A program made the position numbers and the translations under genes. From a virus (taxonomy: Duplodnaviria > Caudoviricetes): 64,000 nt of DNA. The notes under the pieces are model-generated. The model had not been told where the DNA came from, did no database searches, and saw only the letters and a program-made list of their open reading frames with translations. Shown here piece after piece: positions 29,128 to 38,300 of the stretch. Position 1 is the first letter of the stretch. Each line of letters begins with the position of its first letter. Location: IMG/VR virus record IMGVR_UViG_3300011577_000001. One strand, given 5' to 3'.

Positions 29128-30798
29128 TTAAACTGCGGCTTTAGGGAATTGAATCTTCGCAGCGTATTTATAATTTTCGACCTTCACGTCGTCCATCTTG
29201 AAATCGAAGATGTTGGTGATGTGAGGGTTCAAACGAATGATCGGATTGGAATCCTTGACGGGTTCCTGATCCAGCCACTTGAGCACCGCAGGCCACTGGT
29301 TCTCGTAGATATGGCAATCGCCGCCGGTCCAGGTGAAGGTATCGGTAGCGTGACCAGTTACTTGAGCGACCATGTGGGTCAGGATGGTGTACTGTACAAC
29401 GTTGAACGGATGACCCAGTGGAATGTCGTTACTACGCATGTACAAGTGCGACGACAGCTTACGGGTCGGGACTTTGGCATCGTCCAGGAACTTGAAGAAG
29501 TCGGGGTTGTGCTTGAACTCGGCTTCATGGCGACGATCGTCGTGCATGGTAGCCATTGCCAGCATTTCTTCCGACAGGTGCTCGAAACCAGCAGGCTTGT
29601 GCATACCCAGCCACACCAGGCGCTCCTTGACCGACATCGGCTTGGAGAAGAACTGGCAGAACGTGTGACAAGGACGCAGCGCCATCTCATCCAGCTCAGC
29701 CACGTTCCACGCCGACAGGATAATGCCCCGGTCGTCAGGATTGTTCTTGAGCTGATCAACGAGCTTCTCGATTTGATCGATTTCTCGACGCATCAAGATA
29801 CCACCACTACGAAGCTCGTCAACAGTTTCCCAACCTGCGTCGCGATGCTGCGGGAACTCGACACCATCGTCTTTGATGACTTTCATCTGTTCCCAGTGAC
29901 GCCATTGATGCTGGTAGATCTTCGGCAGTTCGCCAGCAGTCATGTACTGCGTCTCTACGTCAGCCGCATGAGCGTATTGGTAGAAGACGTCGACCAGTGG
30001 TGAGTCGTCAGGGATGGTGTCTACGATCGCACCCAGCAGCGGCAGCAGCCACTTACGGTTGGTAGCACGTTCGTCGTTCACCAGATCCAACAGCGCCGAG
30101 GACAGCTTCGGCTTGGAGGCACCAGCAGCCAGATGACGAATGAACGGAATCAGGCACCCAGCGTCCGCATAAGCGAACAGCATTTCCTGCGGAGTCAGGT
30201 GACGGTATTCGGCCGTACCAGCTTTGACCCAGGAATCCCAGATACCGATCTTGTGCTTCTTGAGGAAGCGCACGTTGGTATCGCCCGACAGCATCCACAG
30301 CAGTTCGCCGATGATGCCGAAGTTCCAGTTGAACTTGGTGGAGATCGATGGTACCTGACCCCCACTGATGTCCACGGCGTAAGACTGCGAGTTGATCGCA
30401 CGGGAACGCACCCCGGTACGAGTCTCACTGTCTACACCTTCTTCCATGATCTTGAGTACCAGATCGCGGACATGGTGGTCAACGGTTTTCGGAGAGCTGA
30501 GTCCGACGACCGCTTTGTGGATGCTGGACGGCGACATGTCGAACTTGTAGTGCTTCAAGCGCCACAGCTTGGCCGAGACCTCAGGACGGAACTCGAATGG
30601 GATACGAGCGTTGTCCAGAGCGCAGATAACGTCACCTACCTGCATCGGATCATTCAGGTCAGCCAACCCGGCCATGTAGTTGCCCGATTCGGACAGCAGT
30701 AACATGCGGTCGTGGAAGCTGTAGAAGTTCAGCGAGTTGTTGTCGTGTTCTTCGATCAGCTTACGGGCAGTGCGCATACGTTCATTCAGATCTTTCAT
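29128..30798 (-). CDS. thyA: thymidylate synthase with N-terminal extension and insertions
   Basis: RTGV, ELLWML.GDTN, IWDSW, Y..QWR, IDQ, SAWN, MALRPCH, YMRSND..LG.PFN, GDCHIYENQ. Confidence 0.95.
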   Translation of the reverse strand: MKDLNERMRTARKLIEEHDNNSLNFYSFHDRMLLLSESGNYMAGLADLNDPMQVGDVICALDNARIPFEFRPEVSAKLWRLKHYKFDMSPSSIHKAVVGLSSPKTVDHHVRDLVLKIMEEGVDSETRTGVRSRAINSQSYAVDISGGQVPSISTKFNWNFGIIGELLWMLSGDTNVRFLKKHKIGIWDSWVKAGTAEYRHLTPQEMLFAYADAGCLIPFIRHLAAGASKPKLSSALLDLVNDERATNRKWLLPLLGAIVDTIPDDSPLVDVFYQYAHAADVETQYMTAGELPKIYQHQWRHWEQMKVIKDDGVEFPQHRDAGWETVDELRSGGILMRREIDQIEKLVDQLKNNPDDRGIILSAWNVAELDEMALRPCHTFCQFFSKPMSVKERLVWLGMHKPAGFEHLSEEMLAMATMHDDRRHEAEFKHNPDFFKFLDDAKVPTRKLSSHLYMRSNDIPLGHPFNVVQYTILTHMVAQVTGHATDTFTWTGGDCHIYENQWPAVLKWLDQEPVKDSNPIIRLNPHITNIFDFKMDDVKVENYKYAAKIQFPKAAV

Positions 30799-30807
30799 TT
30801 TCTGTCC

Positions 30808-31008
30808 TTACAGAACTTTGACCGCAGTGGTACCGCGAATCACGGTTTGACCATGGGTCGGAATGTTATTGTGGTCCATAGCCTTGACGAGTGCTTCCTC
30901 GTAGGTATAGCCATCGGTCTCGAACTTCTGGATTTCCGCCTTCCAGTTGGACTGCTGCTTGAACAGACCCAGGCGCTCTTGAAGAACGAGCTTACGCTTC
31001 TTCTGCAT
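30808..31008 (-). CDS. hypothetical protein
   Basis: 66-aa ORF, GGAG SD, overlaps upstream stop. Confidence 0.6.
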   Translation of the reverse strand: MQKKRKLVLQERLGLFKQQSNWKAEIQKFETDGYTYEEALVKAMDHNNIPTHGQTVIRGTTAVKVL

Positions 31009-31816
31009 ACTTCTTCTCCACGTGTTCGTACAGGAAGTTCAGGGTTTCAAAGAACACTTGACCGAGGTCATTGTATTCAAAGGTAGAGCGTGGTATGTCG
31101 TCAGTGCAGCCAACGACCAGTTCCCATTCCCGGATGTCATGATTCCACGCCAAGCTCCAAGAACAGCCCAGTTCGATACACAGCTTGTAGACTTCCTTAT
31201 AGAAGGAATCAAATGCTGGGTGAGTTGGTCCGTCGAGCTTCGGTAGGCCGGTAGGCTTGGTCAGATTCCAACGGCGAGCATTCAGCCAGACTTCTGGTCG
31301 TGGAGGCAGAGTACCTTGCCAACCCATGGTGTACGGTTTGCTGGTCATGAAGCCCAACATATCGAACACCGGAGTCATCGGGTTGTTACGCTCTACCGCT
31401 TCAACACGGGTGAGGTGAGCGCGCAGTGCGTCCGCCTCAACCGCAGCAAAGCCTTCGTCGTCGTACACCAAGCAGTGTTGTACCGCCTCGATGAAGTCCG
31501 CCATGTAGGAGAAATAGTCCTCGGTACTGGACAACTTGACGATGCCAGTCAGCGTAGGCTTGATATCTTTACCGGAGGCGTAGTGACCCAGCTCGGAGTT
31601 GTTGACAGTCACCGTGAACATACCCAACTGCATGTTCTCTTTGGTGTTGTAGCTACCGGTCACGCGGATCGGGTACGGTGTACCTTTCTTGTCGCACAGG
31701 TCGATCTTGTCGAGATTGTTCGTTTGCCACTCGAACTTCTCCAGACGCTGATCTTTGGACAAGTTGCGCAGCATACCTGGAATGACGGTTCCGATCTGAT
31801 ACATGTTTGCATACAC
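30992..31816 (-). CDS. hypothetical protein; N-terminal half paralogous to 31828-32244
   Basis: 274-aa ORF. Confidence 0.75.
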   Translation of the reverse strand: MYANMYQIGTVIPGMLRNLSKDQRLEKFEWQTNNLDKIDLCDKKGTPYPIRVTGSYNTKENMQLGMFTVTVNNSELGHYASGKDIKPTLTGIVKLSSTEDYFSYMADFIEAVQHCLVYDDEGFAAVEADALRAHLTRVEAVERNNPMTPVFDMLGFMTSKPYTMGWQGTLPPRPEVWLNARRWNLTKPTGLPKLDGPTHPAFDSFYKEVYKLCIELGCSWSLAWNHDIREWELVVGCTDDIPRSTFEYNDLGQVFFETLNFLYEHVEKKYAEEA

Positions 31817-31827
31817 CTTCTGAGGTT

Positions 31828-32244
31828 TTAGAGAACAACGTAAGCGACGGACGAATCGAGGATATGGTCCATCATTGCAGTTTTATGCGTGTGCATATCT
31901 TTCAAGCTTTCGTAGATGAAGCATTCCTGCAAAGCATCCAAGAAAGTTTCGAGCTTGCTGTATACGTCGCCTGGGTCACGGAAGTTACCCACATATACGG
32001 CAGACTCACAACCATCTTCGATCACTTGATCTTTGAGGGTTGGTTTGTAGACATTGATCAAGACAATGATCATGCCGGTGTTCTTTGGACGTGTGAAGGT
32101 CACAGTGATCTCACGAGTCCGCCCTGTTTCCTCATGAACCAGTTCAATGAGGGGACCGAGAGGTTGTACCTGACGGAAGCCTTCAATGTTCTGCATGTGG
32201 TAACGAAGTAATTGGGGGCTCAGGGTTATATCTGGTTTAAACAT
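31828..32244 (-). CDS. hypothetical early protein
   Basis: 138-aa ORF, GAAGGT SD, first gene after the promoter at 32288. Confidence 0.75.
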   Translation of the reverse strand: MFKPDITLSPQLLRYHMQNIEGFRQVQPLGPLIELVHEETGRTREITVTFTRPKNTGMIIVLINVYKPTLKDQVIEDGCESAVYVGNFRDPGDVYSKLETFLDALQECFIYESLKDMHTHKTAMMDHILDSSVAYVVL

Positions 32245-32287
32245 CTTTACCTTCTCAGGAAGAATTGAACGGCATTACTTCAGCTAG

Positions 32288-32313
32288 ATGATATACGCTT
32301 GTAATACTTTTAA
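32288..32313 (-). promoter_or_regulatory. phiKZ-type early promoter (TATATCAT variant)
   Basis: Minus strand AAAAGTATTACAAGCGTATATCAT, just downstream of a terminator. Confidence 0.65.
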
Positions 32314-32317
32314 ATGA

Positions 32318-32347
32318 GGGCATAAAGGCAGGCCCGAAGGCCCACCC
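32318..32347 (-). terminator. terminator (cUUCGg hairpin + TTTATGCC)
   Basis: Minus strand GGTGGGCCTTCGGGCCTGCCTTTATGCCC. Confidence 0.7.
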
Positions 32348-32359
32348 TTACTTTACCGC

Positions 32360-33913
32360 TTAGTCGTTGGACGACGAACCAGAGTCGGAGCTGCTGGAGT
32401 CGGAACCCGCAACGTTGTCGTGTGCGCTGCGCATGTCTGCGTCGCTCACATTCGAACGGTGGACGATCTTGTCGCCAGCCACGTTGTCACCGGTACCCGA
32501 GTGGGACTGGTGCAGGAACGGAGCTTCGTCGATATGTGCGAACTCAGGACGACCACCACGAGGGTACGACGCTGGAGTGTTGAACGACTCGCCAGCAGAA
32601 CCCACTGGAAGTTCAGCCAGTTCTTCTGGATCTTCACCGGAGTCAGGGATGTCGCCATCGTCTTCCTGTTCCAGCTCGCAGCCGTCTTCACCGACCGGGA
32701 TTTCCGGGTCCAGCTCCCGACCATAGCCTTCTTCGACCACTGGATCGCCTTTCAGAGCGTCCCAGCCTTTCAACAGCTCAGCTTTGATCATTTCCACGGT
32801 GGTGACCGGGTCAGGATCGTGGTCATCCAGGGCGATCACGACAACCTTGCGGCCTTCCATCGGGTGTTCGATTACACCGTCGAGGAACACGTTGTCTTCA
32901 CGGGTAACCAGCTTCTCGCCTTCGCCCAGTTTCCACGACAACAGATCGAAGCCGCTGGTTTCCTGGAATGCGTTTGCACGCTCCAGAGTCAGTTCGACCG
33001 GTGGCAGTTTGGCCAGACGTTCAGCACGAGCACGGTACACGGCAGCTTCGTCGACCGGTTCTTCAACCGGGCCACGGGCAGCAGCTTTCGCACGCTCTTC
33101 TTCGATCAGGCGGTGCAGGTGATCGGCGATCATGTACGACCAGCGCTCGAAGTTGAAGCCCGACTCAGGGGACAGGATCTCTTCGAGCGAACGGAAGCCG
33201 ACAGTGATCAGCTCAGCTTCTTTACACACCACGTCGATGTGCGGAGGAATGCCAACGCTGTACACGACGCCCAGGTGCTGCTTGCCGACTTCGTTCATGT
33301 CATCACGAATGAAGCCATCGTGAGTAAACGTGATCGGGGTGGTCTTGGCCAGGTCGGTGAACGACAGACCGTTGAACTCGAACTCTTCGTCCAGTTCGGT
33401 GACGGCGACGGCCAGCAGCGATTCCTTGACGTTGAGGGACATGTTCGGGTAGAAGCACATCTGGTTGGCTTCGGGGTGACCGCCACCGGCCAGCGAGTGG
33501 TTACCGGCCAGGAGTTGTTCACCGACAGCCTTGGTGCGCTGGTAGATGAAGAACTCGATGCAGGCCTTGGCTTCGTTGTAGCGGTGGATCAGGATGTACG
33601 GGATCGGGTGACGGAACAGCGCGCTGCTTTCCAGACGGCTGCGGCGGGTCAGAACCGCGTCCAGCTTGATGCGTTCGAAACGCTCGTCCAGGTGGTCGGT
33701 CAGTGGGTCAGCCAGATACTCGAAGCCCTGGTTCGGGAATTCGGCATCGATGGCGTCACGCCAGAAACCCAGTACCAGACGGTCCTTGGCATTGACTTCT
33801 TCTTCACCACGCGCAGGAGCGGTAGCGAGGCCTTCTTCGGACGGATGAACGTTTGCCTGCTCAGCCGGTTCTACGGCTTCCATACCAGCGTACTGGCTCA
33901 GAACGTTAGACAT
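32360..33913 (-). CDS. NUDIX-family phosphoesterase (YmaB/COG4112-like) with a long acidic C-terminal extension
   Basis: RHPIPYILI, YQR....GE..L.G..S..GGGH, ELDEE, GFI.DD.NEVG..HLG, FE.WS motifs. Confidence 0.8.
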   Translation of the reverse strand: MSNVLSQYAGMEAVEPAEQANVHPSEEGLATAPARGEEEVNAKDRLVLGFWRDAIDAEFPNQGFEYLADPLTDHLDERFERIKLDAVLTRRSRLESSALFRHPIPYILIHRYNEAKACIEFFIYQRTKAVGEQLLAGNHSLAGGGHPEANQMCFYPNMSLNVKESLLAVAVTELDEEFEFNGLSFTDLAKTTPITFTHDGFIRDDMNEVGKQHLGVVYSVGIPPHIDVVCKEAELITVGFRSLEEILSPESGFNFERWSYMIADHLHRLIEEERAKAAARGPVEEPVDEAAVYRARAERLAKLPPVELTLERANAFQETSGFDLLSWKLGEGEKLVTREDNVFLDGVIEHPMEGRKVVVIALDDHDPDPVTTVEMIKAELLKGWDALKGDPVVEEGYGRELDPEIPVGEDGCELEQEDDGDIPDSGEDPEELAELPVGSAGESFNTPASYPRGGRPEFAHIDEAPFLHQSHSGTGDNVAGDKIVHRSNVSDADMRSAHDNVAGSDSSSSDSGSSSND

Positions 33914-33974
33914 GAAGGGTTCCTTTTCAGGTTTACGGTTAGTTCAACAAAGGATCACTCGACCCTGTTAGAAA

Positions 33975-34475
33975 TTACGTGCGGTTACGACGAGCCTCAG
34001 CAACCTTGGCGGAGATGCTGTCAAAGAAGGCAGTCATCTCTTCGTCAGAGACTTCCGGCTTGTAGCCACACATGTCCTTGGCATAGCGGAACATGCCCTC
34101 GATCAACTCACGCATCTTGCGTTCCAGATCAGAAGGGAAGCCACCACGGTATTCGGACGGGGTGTTCAACGACCACTCGACGGGCTTGTTCGGGTCATCG
34201 TAATCGTGGATGGTAATCGACCAGCGATGATTGCTGAACTCGTCACCCACTTTAAAGAGGAACACTACGTTGTTGCAGTCAGCATCACCGTAGTAGTTGT
34301 AGTCATGGAAAGGTTCGTGGTATTGGCGACCGCGGAAGCTGGTGGTCTGGAGTTTCAGGTCACCCCACGGGGTCGGAACCGTCCACAACAGGTCACGAGG
34401 TAGACTAACCTTCTTGAGCCGGTCCAGTTGCTGAGCGTAGAAATGAAGTGCTGCACTGCCTTCTGAGAAAGCCAT
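33975..34475 (-). CDS. hypothetical protein
   Basis: Start refined to MAFSEG (GGAGG SD). Confidence 0.75.
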   Translation of the reverse strand: MAFSEGSAALHFYAQQLDRLKKVSLPRDLLWTVPTPWGDLKLQTTSFRGRQYHEPFHDYNYYGDADCNNVVFLFKVGDEFSNHRWSITIHDYDDPNKPVEWSLNTPSEYRGGFPSDLERKMRELIEGMFRYAKDMCGYKPEVSDEEMTAFFDSISAKVAEARRNRT

Positions 34476-34486
34476 AAAACCTCCGA

Positions 34487-34522
34487 ACATAAAAGGGAGC
34501 CCGAAGGCTCCCTCGTATGCTG
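34487..34522 (-). terminator. terminator after the NAMPT-like gene
   Basis: Minus strand GGGAGCC-TTCG-GGCTCCC-TTTTATG. Confidence 0.8.
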
Positions 34523-34526
34523 TTAC

Positions 34527-36491
34527 TTAGTAGGTAGCACCACCGAGACGGTAGCGGATTTCACCCAGGGAAGTGCGGGTAATGAACTCGCTGTTACGGT
34601 ACACCAGACGCAGTTCGCCCGACGAGGAAGCCAGGGTATCGAACGACAGGTCTTGTTCCTGAGCCAGAACGTAGTCGTCACCGACTTTGTCCACACGCAG
34701 GAAGCCTTTCGCCGACTTCTTGGCAGTCTCGCCTTCGGTGGCTGGCGCTTTGTACAGGTCGATGAGGGTATCGTCGATCTGGATCGCAGTGCCTTTGATA
34801 GCTTGGCCGAAGGTGTCACGGGTGATGTACTGGTAGGTGTAGCTACCGATGCCCAGGACCACGTTGCCGGAAGCGAACTTCTTCTTCGCCAGACGACGCA
34901 TGATCTCTTCGGTACGCTGTACGGTGATCGAGTCGCCGTAGATCAGGCCGATGTGTTCGTCCAGCAGACGGTAGCCTTCCGCAGTAGTGGTGCCACCGAA
35001 GGTATCCCACAGGCATTCCACGGCGCCTTTCTCTTCCGAGGTCAGCTCGTGTTCCTCGATCTTGTAGCCGCACTCGTAGTGACCGGTTGGGTCAGTTTCG
35101 AGTTGGATCTCCATCGACTTGAGGAAGCCGTAGATCATCGGCTTGGTCGGGTCATGGGCATCTTTCGCCAGACGTTCTTCGTTGACCTTACGGGAAGTGG
35201 CGGTCATCGCACGGAACGAAGCTACTACTTGTTCCCCGCCCTTCTCGAGGATCTCGGCGTCGAGTTCGGCCCAGGTACGGTTCGGGTTGCGGTGCAACGC
35301 GTCGGTAGCCTTGAGCAGGCGACCTTCGTGATCGCGGTAGTAGATGTGCTTCTGACGGGGCTTGAGACCCTTGCTACCGGAACCGACCATGAGCTGGTGA
35401 GCTTCGACTTCGGTGAAGATTTCAACACCGCAGATGATCTCAACCGGATCACCCGAGTCAGGACGGATCACCACCTTGGCCAGACCGAGGCTGTCTTTCG
35501 GACGTGACAGGATCACGTCTTTCAGTTCAGGAACGATCTTGGTCACCACACCCCAGAAGTCGAACGAGTCCGACACCAAGGCCACAGCACCGTTCGGGTA
35601 GACTTCGGTGATCAGACGCTTGAAGAAGCGCTTCTCGGCTTCCAGGCGCAGGACCTTGTAGCCTTCTTCGGTAACGCCTTCACCGGCAGCCTTGATCTTC
35701 TCCAGCTCGAAGTGCAGCTCGGACAGGATGTTGGCAGTCGCAACGGCGTGTTCGGTAGCCGGGATGGAGCAGGCCACGAACTCCTTCTCCACGTTCGCAC
35801 CGTAGTAGTCTTCGGCGTAGTCGATCGCAGGGATGGTGTCAGTACCGCAGAAGCTCAGCAGGTGACCGAACGAGCCACGAACGTCTTCAAGGCCGATACC
35901 ACGGAACGAGAAGTCGTGACCTTGAACGTCAACGAACTCTTTCGGAGTACCGGTCATCAGTGCCCAGTGTTTCAGCACGCGACGGTATTCGAAAGCGATG
36001 GTCGAGCAGGTGACGATTTTCCAGATCAACGCCGACATCGAAGTTTCGAGGTAGTTGGTGAACCAGTAGAAGTCGGGGTGGGTGTTGTAGATGGTGTACA
36101 ACGGCACGTTCATGTTGACACGCGCACCCTCCGGCAGGGCCAGTACTTCGATCGGCAGGTAGCCCAGGTCGTGTAGCTTCTCGAAACCGTCGACAGGAAC
36201 CTTGCCTTCACCGAGGTAGTAGTCCATGCGGCGCTTGTAGCGCTTGATGACTTCGTCTTTCGGCTTGGAGAAGAAGCTGCGGTTCCACAGTTCGGTCAGT
36301 TCTTGCAGCACCCCTTGCAGACCAGCCCAGACAACCTTGTGGTCCCAGAACTGCGACTTGGACACCGACTTCTGGAACAGACGGTCAGCACGCGCCGTCA
36401 GGTTACCGTAGGTGAAGTTGGCGCCTTTCGGGAACATTGGGCGATGGCCGACTTTGTAACCGTCGCAAACGTTGGGGGCAAACAATTCCAT
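34527..36491 (-). CDS. nicotinamide phosphoribosyltransferase-like enzyme (probable NARP1 Namat)
   Basis: DGYKVGH..MFP, GHDFSFRG, HL.SF.GTDT, SIPATEH, VSDSFD, VIRPDSGDP, LIYGDSIT, GIGSYTYQ..TRDTFG.A.K, KKSAKG; coupled to the upstream PRS-like gene. Confidence 0.92.
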   Translation of the reverse strand: MELFAPNVCDGYKVGHRPMFPKGANFTYGNLTARADRLFQKSVSKSQFWDHKVVWAGLQGVLQELTELWNRSFFSKPKDEVIKRYKRRMDYYLGEGKVPVDGFEKLHDLGYLPIEVLALPEGARVNMNVPLYTIYNTHPDFYWFTNYLETSMSALIWKIVTCSTIAFEYRRVLKHWALMTGTPKEFVDVQGHDFSFRGIGLEDVRGSFGHLLSFCGTDTIPAIDYAEDYYGANVEKEFVACSIPATEHAVATANILSELHFELEKIKAAGEGVTEEGYKVLRLEAEKRFFKRLITEVYPNGAVALVSDSFDFWGVVTKIVPELKDVILSRPKDSLGLAKVVIRPDSGDPVEIICGVEIFTEVEAHQLMVGSGSKGLKPRQKHIYYRDHEGRLLKATDALHRNPNRTWAELDAEILEKGGEQVVASFRAMTATSRKVNEERLAKDAHDPTKPMIYGFLKSMEIQLETDPTGHYECGYKIEEHELTSEEKGAVECLWDTFGGTTTAEGYRLLDEHIGLIYGDSITVQRTEEIMRRLAKKKFASGNVVLGIGSYTYQYITRDTFGQAIKGTAIQIDDTLIDLYKAPATEGETAKKSAKGFLRVDKVGDDYVLAQEQDLSFDTLASSSGELRLVYRNSEFITRTSLGEIRYRLGGATY

Positions 36492-37384
36492 TACACGAAG
36501 TCCTTAACGTCGAAGAAGTAGTAGGCGTGGTCTTCCACACGGTCTGGTCGGATGTTACCGGACACATTCGGGTGGCAGGAGTTGGTGGTTTTGATGCTAC
36601 GGTACCAGTTACGCAACTCGTCGTAACCTTTGGAGAAGATGCCGTGGGTGATCCACAGACGAACAGCACCGCTCTTCTCTGGAAGTACTTCGTGTTGATC
36701 GGATCGCCAACGCAGGAGCTTGCCGAGTTCCAGGAAGGTGTAGCCGCCATCGCAGATGTCATCAACCACCAACCAGTCGTGTGCCAGATACTCCTGAGGG
36801 AACGGGAGCAGCTTGGTGTCGGTGATCTTGCCGGTCAAGGTGTCGCGCTTCTTGACAGCGTAGACGATGTTAGGACAACGCAGAGCCTTCGCCAGCTCTT
36901 CGACCTTCTTCGCTGCACCTTGGTCAGGAGCCACCAGGACGACTTTGGTCCAGTCGGTGTTCTGATAGGCACGGCGGATGATCTTGTCCAGCGGAACTTG
37001 GATGACGTTCTCAAGCAAGCCCAGCGCTACGTTACTGTGAGAGTCGAGGACAGTCACAGTGTGGTAGTATTGGTCGTTGATGAGGTCAGCCATCACTTTG
37101 ATGCCGAGAGCTTCACCAGCATTCGCCACACGGTCTTGACGAGCGTACGGGATGTAAGGTAGGTAAAGGTCGAGTACTACGTCAGGATTCAGACGACGCA
37201 GTGCATCGGTAGTCAGCAGCAGCTCCATGACATCATCGCCGTTCTTGAGCACGGCAGTCAGACGAATGTGTGGCCAGGAAGCTACAGTGGGATCGACCAG
37301 CGGATGAGTTTCACCACCAGGGAAGCGTTTCGGCTCCAAGGCGATGCAAAGCTCCGGGCGATTTACATTGGTGATCGTGAGCAT
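36491..37384 (-). CDS. ribose-phosphate pyrophosphokinase-like enzyme (probable NARP1 Adps)
   Basis: FPGGE, LPYIPYARQDR, D.HS, VAPDQGA, K.RD, VVDDICDGG.TF, THGIFSKG motifs. Confidence 0.92.
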   Translation of the reverse strand: MLTITNVNRPELCIALEPKRFPGGETHPLVDPTVASWPHIRLTAVLKNGDDVMELLLTTDALRRLNPDVVLDLYLPYIPYARQDRVANAGEALGIKVMADLINDQYYHTVTVLDSHSNVALGLLENVIQVPLDKIIRRAYQNTDWTKVVLVAPDQGAAKKVEELAKALRCPNIVYAVKKRDTLTGKITDTKLLPFPQEYLAHDWLVVDDICDGGYTFLELGKLLRWRSDQHEVLPEKSGAVRLWITHGIFSKGYDELRNWYRSIKTTNSCHPNVSGNIRPDRVEDHAYYFFDVKDFV

Positions 37385-37443
37385 TGACGAGGTTCCTTTC
37401 CCAGGACGGAATGTCCTTTCAATCCATACGACCTCTATGTAAG

Positions 37444-37474
37444 AAAAAAAAAAAGAGGGGGCGAACCCCCTCTT
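37444..37474 (-). terminator. intrinsic terminator upstream of the NARP1-like operon
   Basis: AAGAGGGGG..CCCCCTCTT stem with long T tract on minus strand. Confidence 0.8.
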
Positions 37475-37476
37475 AA

Positions 37477-37722
37477 TTAACCGAAGATCTTCTGCATCAG
37501 CGACCGCTTCTTCGGCACGGGCCGGGAAGCGATAGCGATGGCAGCCAACAGCCCGAGACCAGCAATTGCTACGTTGGCTTGTGCGTTGGTAGCATTGCGC
37601 TCAGTCTTCTGTTCTTCGACTGCAAGTTCCAAACGCGCCAGCTCAGCTTTGCGTTCAGCGATCTTGAGTTCGACAGAAGCCAGTTCTGCGTCTTGTGCGG
37701 TGATCAGTTGTTGCTCGCTCAT
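37477..37722 (-). CDS. small coiled-coil membrane-anchored protein
   Basis: Coiled-coil N-terminus, hydrophobic C-terminal helix. Confidence 0.7.
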   Translation of the reverse strand: MSEQQLITAQDAELASVELKIAERKAELARLELAVEEQKTERNATNAQANVAIAGLGLLAAIAIASRPVPKKRSLMQKIFG

Positions 37723-37886
37723 TTCGACCCCTTGGGCGGACGCCCTTCCATACTACGCCAAGTCTCGTCCAGCTTCTTCATGTGCTTGGCAAGTTCTTCG
37801 TGTTTACCCTCTTCATGAAGCTTCAAGGCTTCTGAGCCCGGCATCATGAGGGTCCCGTCTTTATAACGTACTGCTTTAGTAGCCAT
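37719..37886 (-). CDS. small hypothetical protein (55 aa, MATKAVRYKDGTLMMPGSEALKLHEEGK...)
   Basis: Read manually: GAGGA SD, abuts the upstream stop, ATGA overlap with the next gene. Confidence 0.65.
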   Translation of the reverse strand: MATKAVRYKDGTLMMPGSEALKLHEEGKHEELAKHMKKLDETWRSMEGRPPKGSK

Positions 37887-38300
37887 CTAACGATCCTCGT
37901 CCGACTCGTAGATAACAACACCCAACTGCTGGCGCTCCCAATTGAGCATAGCAATTTTCGAAAAGTCCTTGTCAGGATACATAGCCGTAGCCATGTTCTC
38001 ACAAGCCTCAATCACCTCGGGATTCATCTGCTCACCTTTAGCAGCAAACCCACGACCTTCTCTCAAACAGTTCTTGGCGAAGTCACGCTTCTTCGTCATG
38101 TACTGCTCTTCCAGATAAAGAGCATCGATCTCATGCTCCTTACCCGTCTCGTGCATCTTCCACGCACCCGTACCACCTACACCGATCACACCGACCATCA
38201 GCACAGTGATACCGATATTGCTGGAGTGTTTACGAAGGAAGCCTTTGAACCCTTCCCAGCCAAACGCCAACAAGTAAGCCAAACCAACCAACTTACTCAT
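37887..38300 (-). CDS. hypothetical membrane protein
   Basis: 137-aa ORF with a TM segment. Confidence 0.7.
   Translation of the reverse strand: MSKLVGLAYLLAFGWEGFKGFLRKHSSNIGITVLMVGVIGVGGTGAWKMHETGKEHEIDALYLEEQYMTKKRDFAKNCLREGRGFAAKGEQMNPEVIEACENMATAMYPDKDFSKIAMLNWERQQLGVVIYESDEDR

Noticed and set aside
29128-30798. Possible group I intron or intein in the oversized thyA
   Set aside because: The frame is continuous and the inserts lack intein termini or endonuclease motifs; the HNH is outside the gene
29128-30798. ThyA as a dCMP hydroxymethylase or base-modification enzyme
   Set aside because: It retains the dUMP-specifying Asn (PFN), DHFR is present, and no glycosyltransferase or other modification genes are in the window
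34527-37384. NARP2 or classical Nampt+Nmnat salvage pathway
   Set aside because: No NMNAT/NadR/NadM gene in the window; the coupled partner is PRS-like, which fits NARP1. An NMNAT elsewhere in the genome cannot be excluded
37425-37446. TTACATA...TATG as a middle/late promoter consensus (also near 11584, 44435, 56435)
   Set aside because: Spacing and orientation are inconsistent between copies and the motif is too short to support
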